A DNA stretch of 64,000 nucleotides from an uncultured Mollicutes bacterium. Its GTDB lineage: Bacteria; Bacillota_I; Bacilli_A; RFN20; CAG-826. This document shows, one piece after another, positions 30,992 through 40,953 of the stretch (positions are counted from its first letter, which is position 1; every line of letters starts with the position of its first letter). The notes under the pieces are model-generated. The model was given only the letters and a program-made list of their open reading frames with translations. It did not search any database and was not told where the DNA came from. Made by a program: the position numbers and the translations under genes. Where the stretch lies: contig UQXJ01000005.1 in assembly GCA_900545015.1 (NCBI GenBank), positions 2,668 to 66,667 of the forward strand. The letters run 5' to 3'.

Positions 30992-31609
30992 ATGAAAGCA
31001 TTAATCATCAATGGTTCTCCTAGACTAGGAGGAAATACTTCAATTGCAGTAAATGAAGTTGAAAAAACTTTAAATAAAAACGGAATTGAAACTGAAGTTA
31101 TTCAAATCGGGAATAAGGATATTACTGGTTGTAAAGCATGCGAATATTGTCACTTACATGGCGAATGTATTAAAAAAGACATCATTAATGAAATAGCAAA
31201 GAAATTTGAAGTAGCTGATGCACTTGTGATTGCAACTCCAGTATATTATGCGTCTGCAAATGGTACACTTATTTCTTTACTTGACAGACTATTTTATTCA
31301 ACTTCATTTGATAAGACAATGAAGGTTGGTGCAAGTATTGCTGTCGCAAGACGTGGTGGATGCTCTTCAACCTTTGATGAATTAAATAAATATTTCACAA
31401 TATCTGGAATGCCTATTGCTTCTAGTCAATATTGGAATATCGTACATGGTAGAAAAGTAGGAGAAGCTGAGAAATATCTTGAAGGACTTCAAACCATGAG
31501 AACACTCGGTGAGAACATTTCTTTTCTTATAAAAGCTATACAATTAGGTAAAGAAAAATATGGCTTACCTAATAAAGAAAAACATGTTTATACAAATTTT
31601 ATAGATTAA
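30992..31609 (+). CDS. Flavodoxin-like / NADPH-dependent FMN reductase family protein with a Cys cluster (iron-sulfur flavoprotein-like)
   Basis: MKALIINGSPRLGGNTS N-terminus. CKACEYCHLHGEC cluster. Abuts the ppa stop. Confidence 0.65.
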   Translation: MKALIINGSPRLGGNTSIAVNEVEKTLNKNGIETEVIQIGNKDITGCKACEYCHLHGECIKKDIINEIAKKFEVADALVIATPVYYASANGTLISLLDRLFYSTSFDKTMKVGASIAVARRGGCSSTFDELNKYFTISGMPIASSQYWNIVHGRKVGEAEKYLEGLQTMRTLGENISFLIKAIQLGKEKYGLPNKEKHVYTNFID

Positions 31610-31640
31610 AAAAAGTCGTCACATTAATGACGATTTTTTT
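31608..31640. terminator. Putative bidirectional terminator between convergent genes
   Basis: A-run, then TCGTCA (31616-31621) pairing with TGACGA (31628-31633), then T7 (31634-31640). Confidence 0.5.
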
Positions 31641-31677
31641 AATCTAAGAGCAGATTTGCAAGGTTTTTATATAAAAA

Positions 31678-32508
31678 TTAAATTTTATCATGTTCGATTC
31701 TTGATAATTTATCATCTTTAATAAGAGTATAAATTTTATCCCCTCTTACTTTTTCAAAATAAGCAGCCCGATAATAAAAAAGGATATCTAGAATTTTTAT
31801 GAATAATTGTACTTTCTTCTTTTTTGCAATTGTTAATCTACAACCATAATATTTTTGAATAACAAAATTTGCGCTTTCTTCATCCAAATTGTTTTCACTA
31901 ATCAAACTTGCTAAATCGAAATAAGGATAATTCATTGAAGCGTATTCCCAGTCAATTAGGACAACACCATTATGTTTAAAAAGCATATTTCCCTTAACGA
32001 GATCGTTATGACAAAGGACAAGATCTTCCTTTAAACTTACTTTTTTGTATTCTTCTAAAATATTATTTTCATATTCTTTGTCTATAAATTGAGATTCATT
32101 AAGAACTGATTTATAAACATTTAATTTATCTAGTAATTGGTAATCCTTATTAACATTTAAAGATGAATTATGTAATTTCTTTAAAGTTTTAACAACATAA
32201 TTTAATTGTGCAAGAGTAGGCTTATTAATATAAGGATGGGCATTATGAACAAATTTAGATATTTTAACGCCAGTTTCTTCATCAAAATTAATAACTTTTT
32301 CAGAGATTAAAAGTGGTTCGATTGAATTATAAATTTTATTTTCTAGTTTTCTATCTATTGTTGGATCAGCATTTTCTTTAGGAAGCCTTAAAACATAGGC
32401 ACAGTTAATAAGATAATTTTCATTACTGAAGCCTTCTGTAAGTTCAGAAATCGTCCTACATTCTTTTCCTGTCGTAGAAACGAATATGTTTTTCGCTTTT
32501 TGTTTCAC
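31678..32508 (-). CDS. Choline/ethanolamine kinase family protein (LicA-like)
   Basis: Brenner motif LCHNDLVKGNMLF and choline-kinase motif LIDWEYASMNYPYFDLA. Confidence 0.7.
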   Translation of the reverse strand: MKQKAKNIFVSTTGKECRTISELTEGFSNENYLINCAYVLRLPKENADPTIDRKLENKIYNSIEPLLISEKVINFDEETGVKISKFVHNAHPYINKPTLAQLNYVVKTLKKLHNSSLNVNKDYQLLDKLNVYKSVLNESQFIDKEYENNILEEYKKVSLKEDLVLCHNDLVKGNMLFKHNGVVLIDWEYASMNYPYFDLASLISENNLDEESANFVIQKYYGCRLTIAKKKKVQLFIKILDILFYYRAAYFEKVRGDKIYTLIKDDKLSRIEHDKI

Positions 32509-32554
32509 GTAATTATTATAAAAGTTAAAAAAGTTTTATGCTATTATAATTCAT

Positions 32555-33082
32555 ATGATTGGAATTATTTTATATAGACCTGAAAAACCAGCTAACGTTG
32601 GAAATATTATGAGAACATGTATGGCTACTGATGTAAAACTATACATAATTGGACCTTTAACTTTTGAACTTAATGATAAAAGTTTAAAAAGAGCAGGAAT
32701 GGATTACATCAAAGAATCTGATTTTAAAATTTTTAAAGACTTAGATGAAGCGATGAATTATTTTAAGGATGAAACTATTTATTACGTGACAAGATATTCA
32801 AAAAATGTTTATTCATCTTTTGATTATTCGGATATCGTTCATGATATTTATTTTATGTTTGGAAGAGAATCAACAGGAATACCTCATGATTTATTAAGAG
32901 CAAACATCGATAAAACGATACGAATACCAATGGTACCTAGTGCAAGAAGTTTGAATCTTTCTAATAGTGTTGCAATCGTTCTTTTTGAAGCACTTAGGCA
33001 ACAAAAATTCTTTAACTTATCAACTCAAGAATTAATCAAAGGAGAAGATTTCTTAATTAACGAAGAAACTAAAAGCGAATAG
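32555..33082 (+). CDS. trmL: tRNA (cytidine/uridine-2'-O-)-methyltransferase TrmL (SpoU family)
   Basis: IILYRPEKPANVGNIMRTCMATDVKLYIIGPL...LKRAGMDY and C-terminal SLNLSNSVAIVLFEALRQ. Confidence 0.8.
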   Translation: MIGIILYRPEKPANVGNIMRTCMATDVKLYIIGPLTFELNDKSLKRAGMDYIKESDFKIFKDLDEAMNYFKDETIYYVTRYSKNVYSSFDYSDIVHDIYFMFGRESTGIPHDLLRANIDKTIRIPMVPSARSLNLSNSVAIVLFEALRQQKFFNLSTQELIKGEDFLINEETKSE

Positions 33083-34478
33083 CTTTATCTAGATAAGACT
33101 TAAAGTCGTATTTATATTCTTTAATATAGTAAGATTCGTATTTATTGAGTTTAACGAGTCCAGACTCGTTCCCTTTTCTAATGTCTTTTACGCTAGCAAA
33201 AACAACTTCGCCGTCTTTTTTCTTAGCTAAATAGATACAAAATTCTAGAGCAAATTCGAGTAATTTATCATCAATATTGTTATTAAAAATAATAACGTGA
33301 TTACCGTGTGCGTTTTTAATATGCAAAAAATAATCTTCCTTTTTAGCGAGCTTAAAACTTAAATAATCGTTTTGAATTGAGTTCTTTCCAAAGCCGATTT
33401 TTGTGCCGTTAAACAAAATATAATAGGGTTTTGCAGCGTTTTTAAGATTTTTAGGCTTAATTTTTGGATTATTTTTTAGATATTTTTTGTTAATAAATTC
33501 TTCGATTAATTCTTTATAATCATCTTCCTTATAATATTCTAAAGAAGCAATTATAGAATTTAAGTAATCAATTTCATCTTCGGTTTTCAAAATGTAATCT
33601 TTTGTGGATTCAATAGTTGCCTTAGCTTTTTTATATAATTTGTAAAATCTTTCTAAATTCTCACTAGGAGAGAAACTTTCGTTTAGATTTATCTTTTCAC
33701 CTTCATAAATAAAGAAACTATCTCCACGTTTTACTTCACTTAAATTAATTAAAAGTGCATCTGCGTAGTCTTTATATTTAAGTTTTTCTTCTGCTTCGCG
33801 TTGGTCTTCTTTGATTTTTTCTATTTTTTTTAACAAAGATTTTAATTTTCTTTTCGCGATTAGAGCTACTGGTTTATATTTATTTACTAAAAATTGATTT
33901 TCAAGATTATTATAATAATTTTCTTCATTAATTATGTCTTTTTCTTTAACGTCCTTTTCAATAGAAATAGATTTAGGAGGAATATAAATCATATTTTTAA
34001 TAATTGGATGATGTGTATCAAGACCTTTATATCTAAAAGCTTCATCGATTTTATCATCAACTAATAAAATTAAATTTGCATTACTCTTAAAAATTTCAAA
34101 TATTAAGGAATAATGAATTTTATCATATGTGTCAGTTGTTTTTAAAAAGTCTAATTTAAGAATATTATCATCATTTATTGAACTTGCCCCTAAAAATAAA
34201 GAATTAAGAAGTTTAATCTTTAATCTATTAAAAAAAGATGATGAGTCATTAAAAAAATATTTATTTTTAGTTAATCTAACAAAAGGATTTTTAACATTTA
34301 GTGATATTAAGATTTCTTTTGTTTGAGAACGTGAAAAACAAAACAAATAATCATACTCTGAAAGACATTGAATCTTATTTAGATACGTTCCTTTGTTTGA
34401 TTTATTTATTTCAATAATAGTTTGTTCAAGTTTTTCTTTTAAATTCATAAGAAATATTATATTAGATTTGAATATCAA
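33069..34478 (-). CDS. NFACT-family (RqcH / fibronectin-binding protein A-like) protein, short form
   Basis: C-terminal NFACT-R/DUF814-like block FLHIKNAHGNHVIIFNN. Central coiled coil. Start uncertain (TTG 34478 or ATG 34448). The 3' end overlaps trmL by 14 nt. Confidence 0.55.
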   Translation of the reverse strand: MIFKSNIIFLMNLKEKLEQTIIEINKSNKGTYLNKIQCLSEYDYLFCFSRSQTKEILISLNVKNPFVRLTKNKYFFNDSSSFFNRLKIKLLNSLFLGASSINDDNILKLDFLKTTDTYDKIHYSLIFEIFKSNANLILLVDDKIDEAFRYKGLDTHHPIIKNMIYIPPKSISIEKDVKEKDIINEENYYNNLENQFLVNKYKPVALIAKRKLKSLLKKIEKIKEDQREAEEKLKYKDYADALLINLSEVKRGDSFFIYEGEKINLNESFSPSENLERFYKLYKKAKATIESTKDYILKTEDEIDYLNSIIASLEYYKEDDYKELIEEFINKKYLKNNPKIKPKNLKNAAKPYYILFNGTKIGFGKNSIQNDYLSFKLAKKEDYFLHIKNAHGNHVIIFNNNIDDKLLEFALEFCIYLAKKKDGEVVFASVKDIRKGNESGLVKLNKYESYYIKEYKYDFKSYLDKAIRF

Positions 34479-34502
34479 AATGAATTTAATTATAATCTTT
34501 CT

Positions 34503-35066
34503 ATGGCAGGGGCATTGATTATTTTAAGTGGTCCTAGCGGTGTTGGAAAAGGCACAGTTAGACAAGTTTTAATGCAAGATCCAAGTTTGAATCTTGTATA
34601 TTCTATTTCCATGACTACAAGAAAACCTAGAAGTCATGAAATAGATGGTGAGGATTATTTTTTCGTAAGCAAAGAAGAATTCTTAAAACATATAGAAAAT
34701 GGTGATTTATTAGAATATGCACAATTTGTTGGTAATTATTATGGAACACCACTTGATTATGTTAATAAATTAAGAAGTGAAAATAAAAATGTATTATTAG
34801 AAATTGAAACTAATGGTGCATTAAAAGTTATGGAAAAATTAAAAGATGACCCTAAACTTATAACGATATTCTTATTACCACCATCATTTGAGGAACTTGA
34901 AAATAGAATTCGTGGTAGAAAAACTGAATCTGAATTAGTCATTGAAGAAAGACTTACAAAAGCAAGAAAAGAAGTTTTGCTTCAAGACAAGTATAAATAT
35001 AGAGTAATTAACGTTACACCTGAGCAAGCTGCTCATGATATAGGTGAAATAATAAAAAAATATTAA
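34503..35066 (+). CDS. gmk: Guanylate kinase
   Basis: LSGPSGVGKGT P-loop. SISMTTRKPRSHEIDGEDYFFVS. GNYYGTP. Confidence 0.9.
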   Translation: MAGALIILSGPSGVGKGTVRQVLMQDPSLNLVYSISMTTRKPRSHEIDGEDYFFVSKEEFLKHIENGDLLEYAQFVGNYYGTPLDYVNKLRSENKNVLLEIETNGALKVMEKLKDDPKLITIFLLPPSFEELENRIRGRKTESELVIEERLTKARKEVLLQDKYKYRVINVTPEQAAHDIGEIIKKY

Positions 35067-35068
35067 TA

Positions 35069-35098
35069 AAAGCATACCTATCAAGGTTGCTTTTTTTT
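35069..35098 (+). terminator. Putative rho-independent terminator after gmk
   Basis: AAGCA(T)ACCT - ATCA - AGGTTGCTT followed by T8. Confidence 0.6.
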
Positions 35099-35111
35099 AT
35101 AATTATAGAAG

Positions 35112-37304
35112 ATGTTTATTTTAGAAGTGTTAACACAACAAAAAGTTTATTTACTTGATAAAACTTTTTATTATTTATCTAACGAAGATGTAAAAAAAGG
35201 AATTAGAGTCGAAATCAATTTTCATGGTTCACATCTTATTGGTTTTGTTACGAATACCATAAAAGAAGATTTATCTGAAAAAGAAATAGAGGATAAATAT
35301 GGCTTTGCTATGAAATTTATTGAAGGAGCTATTGATGATGAACCGATTATTGATGATGAACTTTTTGAACTCGCAAAAACACTTAAAGAACATTATTTTT
35401 ATACAATGATTGGTACGCTTCAAGCAATGTTACCACCATCATTAAAGCCAAAAAACACATTATATAAAGCACCTAAGATTAAATATTTAAATTATTATAA
35501 AATTACAGAACTTTTACCAAGAAGAGCATTTACTAAAAATGAAAGAAAAATTTTAGACCGTTTTAATAACTCGAAATTAATACTTCAAAGCGAATTTTCA
35601 AAAAGCAAAACTCTTGAAAGTTTAATTGAAGATGGAATTATCTTAAAAGTTCAAGAAGAAGTGAATCGTTATAAAATTAATAAAGTTTTTAATGATTATG
35701 AAACTAAAATAACTTTATCTAATGAACAAGAAAACGCTTATAAACAAATAATTGATTCTAAAAACAAAGTCTTCCTTTTAAAAGGCGTAACTGGAAGCGG
35801 AAAAACTGAAGTTTATATTAAATTAATTGAAAAGGCTTTAAAAGATAATAAAGGAGCATTAATTTTAGTTCCTGAAATTGCGCTAACGCCACTTATGATT
35901 TCTCGACTTTTGAGCTATTTTAATGAAACTATTGCCGTCCTTCATTCTTCATTAAGTGATGGTCAAAAATACGATGAATATCGTAAAATTTCTCGTGGTG
36001 AAGCAAAAATTGTTGTTGGTACTCGTAGTGCAATATTTGCTCCTATTAAAAACTTAGGAATTGTAATTATTGATGAAGAAAATGACGAATGTTATAAAGA
36101 AGATGAACAAGGACTTTTATACAATGCAAAAGATGTTGCATTAATTAGAATAAAAAATAAAGATGCAAAATTGATTTTAGGAAGTGCTACTCCTCAAATT
36201 GAAACAATGGCAAGAGCAGAAAAAGGACTTTATGAGTTAGTCGAACTTAAAAATAGATATAATGAAGTTCCACTTCCTCGTGTTCATCTTATTCCATCAA
36301 ATGATTATCATTTATATTCGATAAATTCGAGTGTATTTTCTTTGCCATTAATAAAAGCAATAAAAGAAAAATTATTTTTAGGAGAACAAATTATTCTTTT
36401 AATTAATAGTAGAGGATATGGAAAATATTATAAGTGTAGAGAATGTGGATATACATATAAATGTCCTAATTGTGATTTGCCTCTTTTCTATCATAAAGGC
36501 AAAAACATTCTTTATTGTCACCACTGTGAATACAAAATTAAGGTACCTAAAACATGTTCAAAGTGCGGTTCGAAATATTTTGATTATGGTTCATTTGGAA
36601 TTGAAAAAGTTGAAGAAGATTTTAAGAAAATATTTAATGTTCCTTATCTAGTGCTAGATAGCGATAGAACACCTAAAACACTGCAAATCGAAACTATTTT
36701 AAAAGATTTTAATGAAAAAAAGGCCAATGTTTTAATTGGAACACAAATTGTTAGTAAAGGACATGATTTCAAAAATGTCTCACTAGTTGCTGTTTTAAAT
36801 GCTGATAGTTTATTAAATTTTCCATCTTATAGAAGCAAAGAAATGACCTTTTCTTTAATCACTCAAACGATAGGAAGATGTGGAAGAGATAAAGAACAAG
36901 GAGATGCTTATATTCAAACAAGTAGTGCTAATAATTATGCAATCATAGATGCAATAAATCAGGATTATGATTCTTTTTTTGAACATGAAAATAATGAAAG
37001 AAAATTATACAAGAACCCACCATTTATGAACTTACTTTCAATCGATGTTAATGGTAATGATGCTGGTGAAGTAAATAGCAAAGCTAACGAAATTAAAGAA
37101 TTTATAAAAAGCTATGGTATAAATGATGCAATAGTTTTAGGTCCAAGTGAACTTATTAAAAAAGGTATTAAATTTAAAAAACAGGTATTCATTAAATACA
37201 AAAAACTTGCCTCTATTAAAGAAGCAATTGAAGACACGATTGACACTTATAAATCCAGTAACAAAATATCGATTAGAATCAATTTAAATCCGTATAATTT
37301 TTAA
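35112..37304 (+). CDS. priA: Primosomal replication protein N' (PriA helicase)
   Basis: Walker A GVTGSGKTEVY. DEEN box IIDEEND. Zinc-binding insert CRECGYTYKCPNCDLPLFYHKGKNILYCHHCEY...CSKCGS. Confidence 0.9.
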   Translation: MFILEVLTQQKVYLLDKTFYYLSNEDVKKGIRVEINFHGSHLIGFVTNTIKEDLSEKEIEDKYGFAMKFIEGAIDDEPIIDDELFELAKTLKEHYFYTMIGTLQAMLPPSLKPKNTLYKAPKIKYLNYYKITELLPRRAFTKNERKILDRFNNSKLILQSEFSKSKTLESLIEDGIILKVQEEVNRYKINKVFNDYETKITLSNEQENAYKQIIDSKNKVFLLKGVTGSGKTEVYIKLIEKALKDNKGALILVPEIALTPLMISRLLSYFNETIAVLHSSLSDGQKYDEYRKISRGEAKIVVGTRSAIFAPIKNLGIVIIDEENDECYKEDEQGLLYNAKDVALIRIKNKDAKLILGSATPQIETMARAEKGLYELVELKNRYNEVPLPRVHLIPSNDYHLYSINSSVFSLPLIKAIKEKLFLGEQIILLINSRGYGKYYKCRECGYTYKCPNCDLPLFYHKGKNILYCHHCEYKIKVPKTCSKCGSKYFDYGSFGIEKVEEDFKKIFNVPYLVLDSDRTPKTLQIETILKDFNEKKANVLIGTQIVSKGHDFKNVSLVAVLNADSLLNFPSYRSKEMTFSLITQTIGRCGRDKEQGDAYIQTSSANNYAIIDAINQDYDSFFEHENNERKLYKNPPFMNLLSIDVNGNDAGEVNSKANEIKEFIKSYGINDAIVLGPSELIKKGIKFKKQVFIKYKKLASIKEAIEDTIDTYKSSNKISIRINLNPYNF

Positions 37305-37419
37305 TTCACTTATTTGAACAAAGTCTTAGATTTTTGCATAATTTTTAGTTGTTTTAATAGCATTTTAAATTGAAAAAAACGCTATAATAATCTAAGATTA
37401 TTAACATAGGAAGAATTTT

Positions 37420-37908
37420 ATGATTACTGTTTCAATTTTAGGATTAGATCCATATTTAGTTAGACAAATTTCAAAAGCTACAACGGCAAAATTAGCAGAC
37501 ATTTATGAAGTATCAAAAGATGATATTGATTTTTATGCTCCAGAATGTCTTTTTATTCATGATGGGGTTGAACAAAACACATGGAATGTTTTAGTTCGTG
37601 TTCATGCGCCATTAAAAGTAAAAGTCATGGAAAGAGAAGTTGCACTTATCCTTCATGAATTTTTAAAAGATGCATGTGTTCATTGCGCAATTGAATTTTA
37701 TTATTATTCGAGTGACAACCGTTATGAGTTTATCGATCATGAACATCCAAGATTTATGGACGAAAAAAATAGCGTAGAAATTTTTGGTGAAGATGAGGAC
37801 GATTGCTGCGATGATGAGGAATGTGAATGCGATCATGAGCATGAAGAAGAACCATATCTTGGCAATATGTTTGAAGATTTTGAAAAGAAATTAAATGGAG
37901 AGAAATAA
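37420..37908 (+). CDS. DUF1904-like small protein with a Cys/His/acidic C-terminal tail
   Basis: N-terminal region resembles DUF1904 (tautomerase-like fold) by my recollection. Tail is EDEDDCCDDEECECDHEHEEE. Confidence 0.35.
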   Translation: MITVSILGLDPYLVRQISKATTAKLADIYEVSKDDIDFYAPECLFIHDGVEQNTWNVLVRVHAPLKVKVMEREVALILHEFLKDACVHCAIEFYYYSSDNRYEFIDHEHPRFMDEKNSVEIFGEDEDDCCDDEECECDHEHEEEPYLGNMFEDFEKKLNGEK

Positions 37909-37910
37909 TT

Positions 37911-39161
37911 ATGAAAATTTACGAATCATGTTTTAATGTTTTAAAACTTATTATCAAAGAAAAAGTAACTTTTTCTAGTGCGATAGTGAAAAACGCAAAA
38001 GGACTTAATAAAGAAGAATATTCTAAAGTTTCAAGTTTATGTGGATATTTCTTAAGAAACTATTTCTCAATTATTTCTATTTCAAGTTTAATTTTTAAAA
38101 CCAAAGAAATTGAACCAATGATTTATATTGGATTAATATACGCAAATAACTCAAATAAGAAAATTGTCGATGAAAAGGAATCATTAAAATTTTTAGAAAA
38201 TAAATTAGCTCTTTATCAAGTTAAATTTAATGATGACATTAAAACTGAATTTGATAAAGCAATTAGAGACAAAAGAGAATATCTTAAAGAAGGTTTAAAA
38301 GACAAAAAGTTAACATATCTTTCATGCAGAACAAATCTTCCTGAATGGATTATTAATATGCTTTTTAGGCAATACGGAAGAGACATTGCTATTAAAATCA
38401 TAAATTCTTTAGTAAGAATGCCAAGTCAATACGTTGTAATTAATAATCTTGTTGAAGAAATTGATGCAAGTAAATTACTTGAAGACTTTAAAGAAGTTGA
38501 TACTAATTTCTTTGAATATAAACAAAAAACAAGTATTAGAAAGAATGATTTTGTAAAAACTGGTAAAGCATATCCTATTCAAAAAGCAGAATTTGATATG
38601 GTAAAGAATTTACCTGAACTAGAAAATAAAGAAATTGCTTTCTATTTCGAAGAAAAGAATTCACTTTATATTGCTTTAATGAATAAATATTTAGAAAACA
38701 ATCACATTTCATTAGCAACTAAAGAACCAAAAAATAACCAAGAATTATTTGCTGTTATTAAACCAGCTAATTACGACAAATTAGATATTTATGAAAGTGA
38801 TGAAAATTGCTTGATTTCATACTTATCAACAAAACAAGATTTATTAGTTTTTATGCCTGAAAGTTCAAATTTTGAATTATTAAGAAGATCTCCTGAATAT
38901 GGAATAAATTTTGATACTTCAAAATTAGATGGAATTATTAAAAACGAAGAACAAGAGCTCAATGATATTACTCAATATGTAAATGTTGATGGCTATTTAG
39001 TATATTGCTTACCTACATTTGATATTAAAGAAACTTTAGTGACTACTAAAAAATTCTTAGAATCAAATAAGAATTTTAAACTTGTTAAAGAAGTAACTTG
39101 CTTCCCAAATGAAAAAGAAAATAGCATTTTCTATTACGCTATTTTCAAAAAGGAAAAATAA
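37911..39161 (+). CDS. RsmB/Sun-like protein lacking recognisable SAM-binding and catalytic Cys motifs
   Basis: Sits in the rsmB position of the priA...rlmN cluster. Has a NusB-like N-terminus. FYFEEKNSL replaces D-CAAPGGK, FMPESSNFELLRRSPE replaces DAPCSGTG..R.P, and CLPTFDIKET replaces TCS..EEN. Confidence 0.5.
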   Translation: MKIYESCFNVLKLIIKEKVTFSSAIVKNAKGLNKEEYSKVSSLCGYFLRNYFSIISISSLIFKTKEIEPMIYIGLIYANNSNKKIVDEKESLKFLENKLALYQVKFNDDIKTEFDKAIRDKREYLKEGLKDKKLTYLSCRTNLPEWIINMLFRQYGRDIAIKIINSLVRMPSQYVVINNLVEEIDASKLLEDFKEVDTNFFEYKQKTSIRKNDFVKTGKAYPIQKAEFDMVKNLPELENKEIAFYFEEKNSLYIALMNKYLENNHISLATKEPKNNQELFAVIKPANYDKLDIYESDENCLISYLSTKQDLLVFMPESSNFELLRRSPEYGINFDTSKLDGIIKNEEQELNDITQYVNVDGYLVYCLPTFDIKETLVTTKKFLESNKNFKLVKEVTCFPNEKENSIFYYAIFKKEK

Positions 39162-39164
39162 TCA

Positions 39165-40205
39165 ATGATTAACCTTTATGATTTTACACTTCCTAAATTA
39201 GAAGAGCTGATGCTCTCACTTGATGAGAAAAAATATAGAGCAACTCAACTTTTTAAATGGATTTATGAGAAAAGAGTAACTACTTTTGATGAAATGACAG
39301 ACGTCTCTAAAAAATTTAGAGAAGTTTTAAATAGAGATTTTTGCATTGTTAAACCAAAAATTTTCTTAAAACAACATAGTCAAGATGGAACCATTAAACT
39401 CTTATTAGAACTTGAAGACGGAAACAAGATTGAAACTGTTTTAATGAGATATAACTATGGTAATGTCGCATGTGTAACAAGTGAAGTTGGCTGCAACATG
39501 GGATGTGCATTTTGTGCAAGCGGTTTATTAAAGAAAAAAAGAGAATTAAAAGTTAGTGAACTAGTGGGACAAATTTTAGTTCTTGATGATCTTTTAAAAG
39601 AAGAAGGCAACAATGAAAGAATTACACACGTTGTAGTTATGGGAACTGGCGAACCATTTGATAATTATGATAATGTCATGGGATTTATCAGAATATTAAA
39701 CCATCCACATGGTTTTGCAATTGGCGCTAGACATATTACGGTTTCAACATGTGGACTTGTTCCAATGATTGAAAAATATGCTAATGAAGGAATTCAAATT
39801 AATTTAGCTATTTCTTTACACGCTCCAAATGATGAAATTAGAAATAAAATTATGCCTATTTCACGTAAATATCCTATAGATGAATTGATGAAAGCAGTTA
39901 AATATTATGAACAAACTGCTGGTAGGAGAGTAACTTTTGAATATATTTTATTAAAAGGAATAAATGATTCTACAGATAATGCAAGAGAACTAGCTAAACT
40001 TATCAAAGGAACTTTAGCTTATGTTAATTTAATTCCTTATAATCCAGTTAATGAAATGAAATACCAAAGAAGTGATGAAAAATCTGTTCATAATTTCATG
40101 GATGCATTAATGAAATTAGGTGTAAATGTTACTGTTAGAAAGGAATTTGGCACTGACATTGATGCTGCATGTGGTCAATTAAGAGCAAAAAATGAAAACA
40201 AGTAA
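39165..40205 (+). CDS. rlmN: 23S rRNA/tRNA adenine-C2 methyltransferase RlmN (radical SAM)
   Basis: CNMGCAFCASG radical-SAM cluster. C-terminal DIDAACGQL. Confidence 0.9.
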   Translation: MINLYDFTLPKLEELMLSLDEKKYRATQLFKWIYEKRVTTFDEMTDVSKKFREVLNRDFCIVKPKIFLKQHSQDGTIKLLLELEDGNKIETVLMRYNYGNVACVTSEVGCNMGCAFCASGLLKKKRELKVSELVGQILVLDDLLKEEGNNERITHVVVMGTGEPFDNYDNVMGFIRILNHPHGFAIGARHITVSTCGLVPMIEKYANEGIQINLAISLHAPNDEIRNKIMPISRKYPIDELMKAVKYYEQTAGRRVTFEYILLKGINDSTDNARELAKLIKGTLAYVNLIPYNPVNEMKYQRSDEKSVHNFMDALMKLGVNVTVRKEFGTDIDAACGQLRAKNENK

Positions 40206-40953
40206 TGTATTTAAAGGTCATTATTGTTATAAAAGCGACATCGGCAAAGTAAGAATCGCCAATGAAGATGAAGCTAAAGTTGTTGTTAATAGTAACGGCA
40301 ACGTTCTTTTGGTTGTGGCTGATGGAATGGGTGGTCATAATAAAGGAGATTATGCTTCTTTTGAAACCGTAAGAATTATTACCGAAGCTTTTAAAAATCA
40401 AAAATACTTTTTAAATACTTTCTTCGCTGCTAGTTGGATTAAAAGAGTTGTAAAAGTTGCAAATTCAACTATTTATAAAACTCAAGATAAAGATGTTACC
40501 TATAAAGGTATGGGAACAACTCTATCTTTAGTTTTAATTATTAAAAAGAAAATAATAGTTGTAAATTGCGGGGATTCTCGTGTTTATATTAAAAAAAGTG
40601 AAGGAAATTTAGTTCAATTAACTGAAGATCAAACTTATGTTAATTTCTTAGTTAAGAGTGGACAAATAAGTAAGGAAGAAGCACTTGTACATCCAGAAAG
40701 ACACGTACTTACAAATGCAATTGGATTATTCCCATCAATCTCAATGGATGTAAATATTTATGAGTATCATGGAGAAAGTTTAGTTCTTTGTACTGATGGA
40801 CTATATAATAACGTAAGTGAAAGAGATATTTTAAATACACTCAATCTAAATACAAGTGTTGAAGATAAATGCGGAAGTTTAATATCATTAGCTAATTTTA
40901 ATGGTGGAAGTGACAACATAACTTTATGTTTGTGGGAGACTCTTAATGATTAG
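40192..40953 (+). CDS. PP2C-family Ser/Thr protein phosphatase
   Basis: VADGMGGHNKGDYAS. LCTDGLYN. GGSDNITL. Confidence 0.85.
   Translation: MKTSNVFKGHYCYKSDIGKVRIANEDEAKVVVNSNGNVLLVVADGMGGHNKGDYASFETVRIITEAFKNQKYFLNTFFAASWIKRVVKVANSTIYKTQDKDVTYKGMGTTLSLVLIIKKKIIVVNCGDSRVYIKKSEGNLVQLTEDQTYVNFLVKSGQISKEEALVHPERHVLTNAIGLFPSISMDVNIYEYHGESLVLCTDGLYNNVSERDILNTLNLNTSVEDKCGSLISLANFNGGSDNITLCLWETLND

Noticed and set aside
33069-33082. 14-nt overlap of the convergent 3' ends of trmL and the NFACT-family gene
   Set aside because: It is real in the sequence, but small convergent overlaps are common in compact genomes and there is no evidence of a regulatory role.
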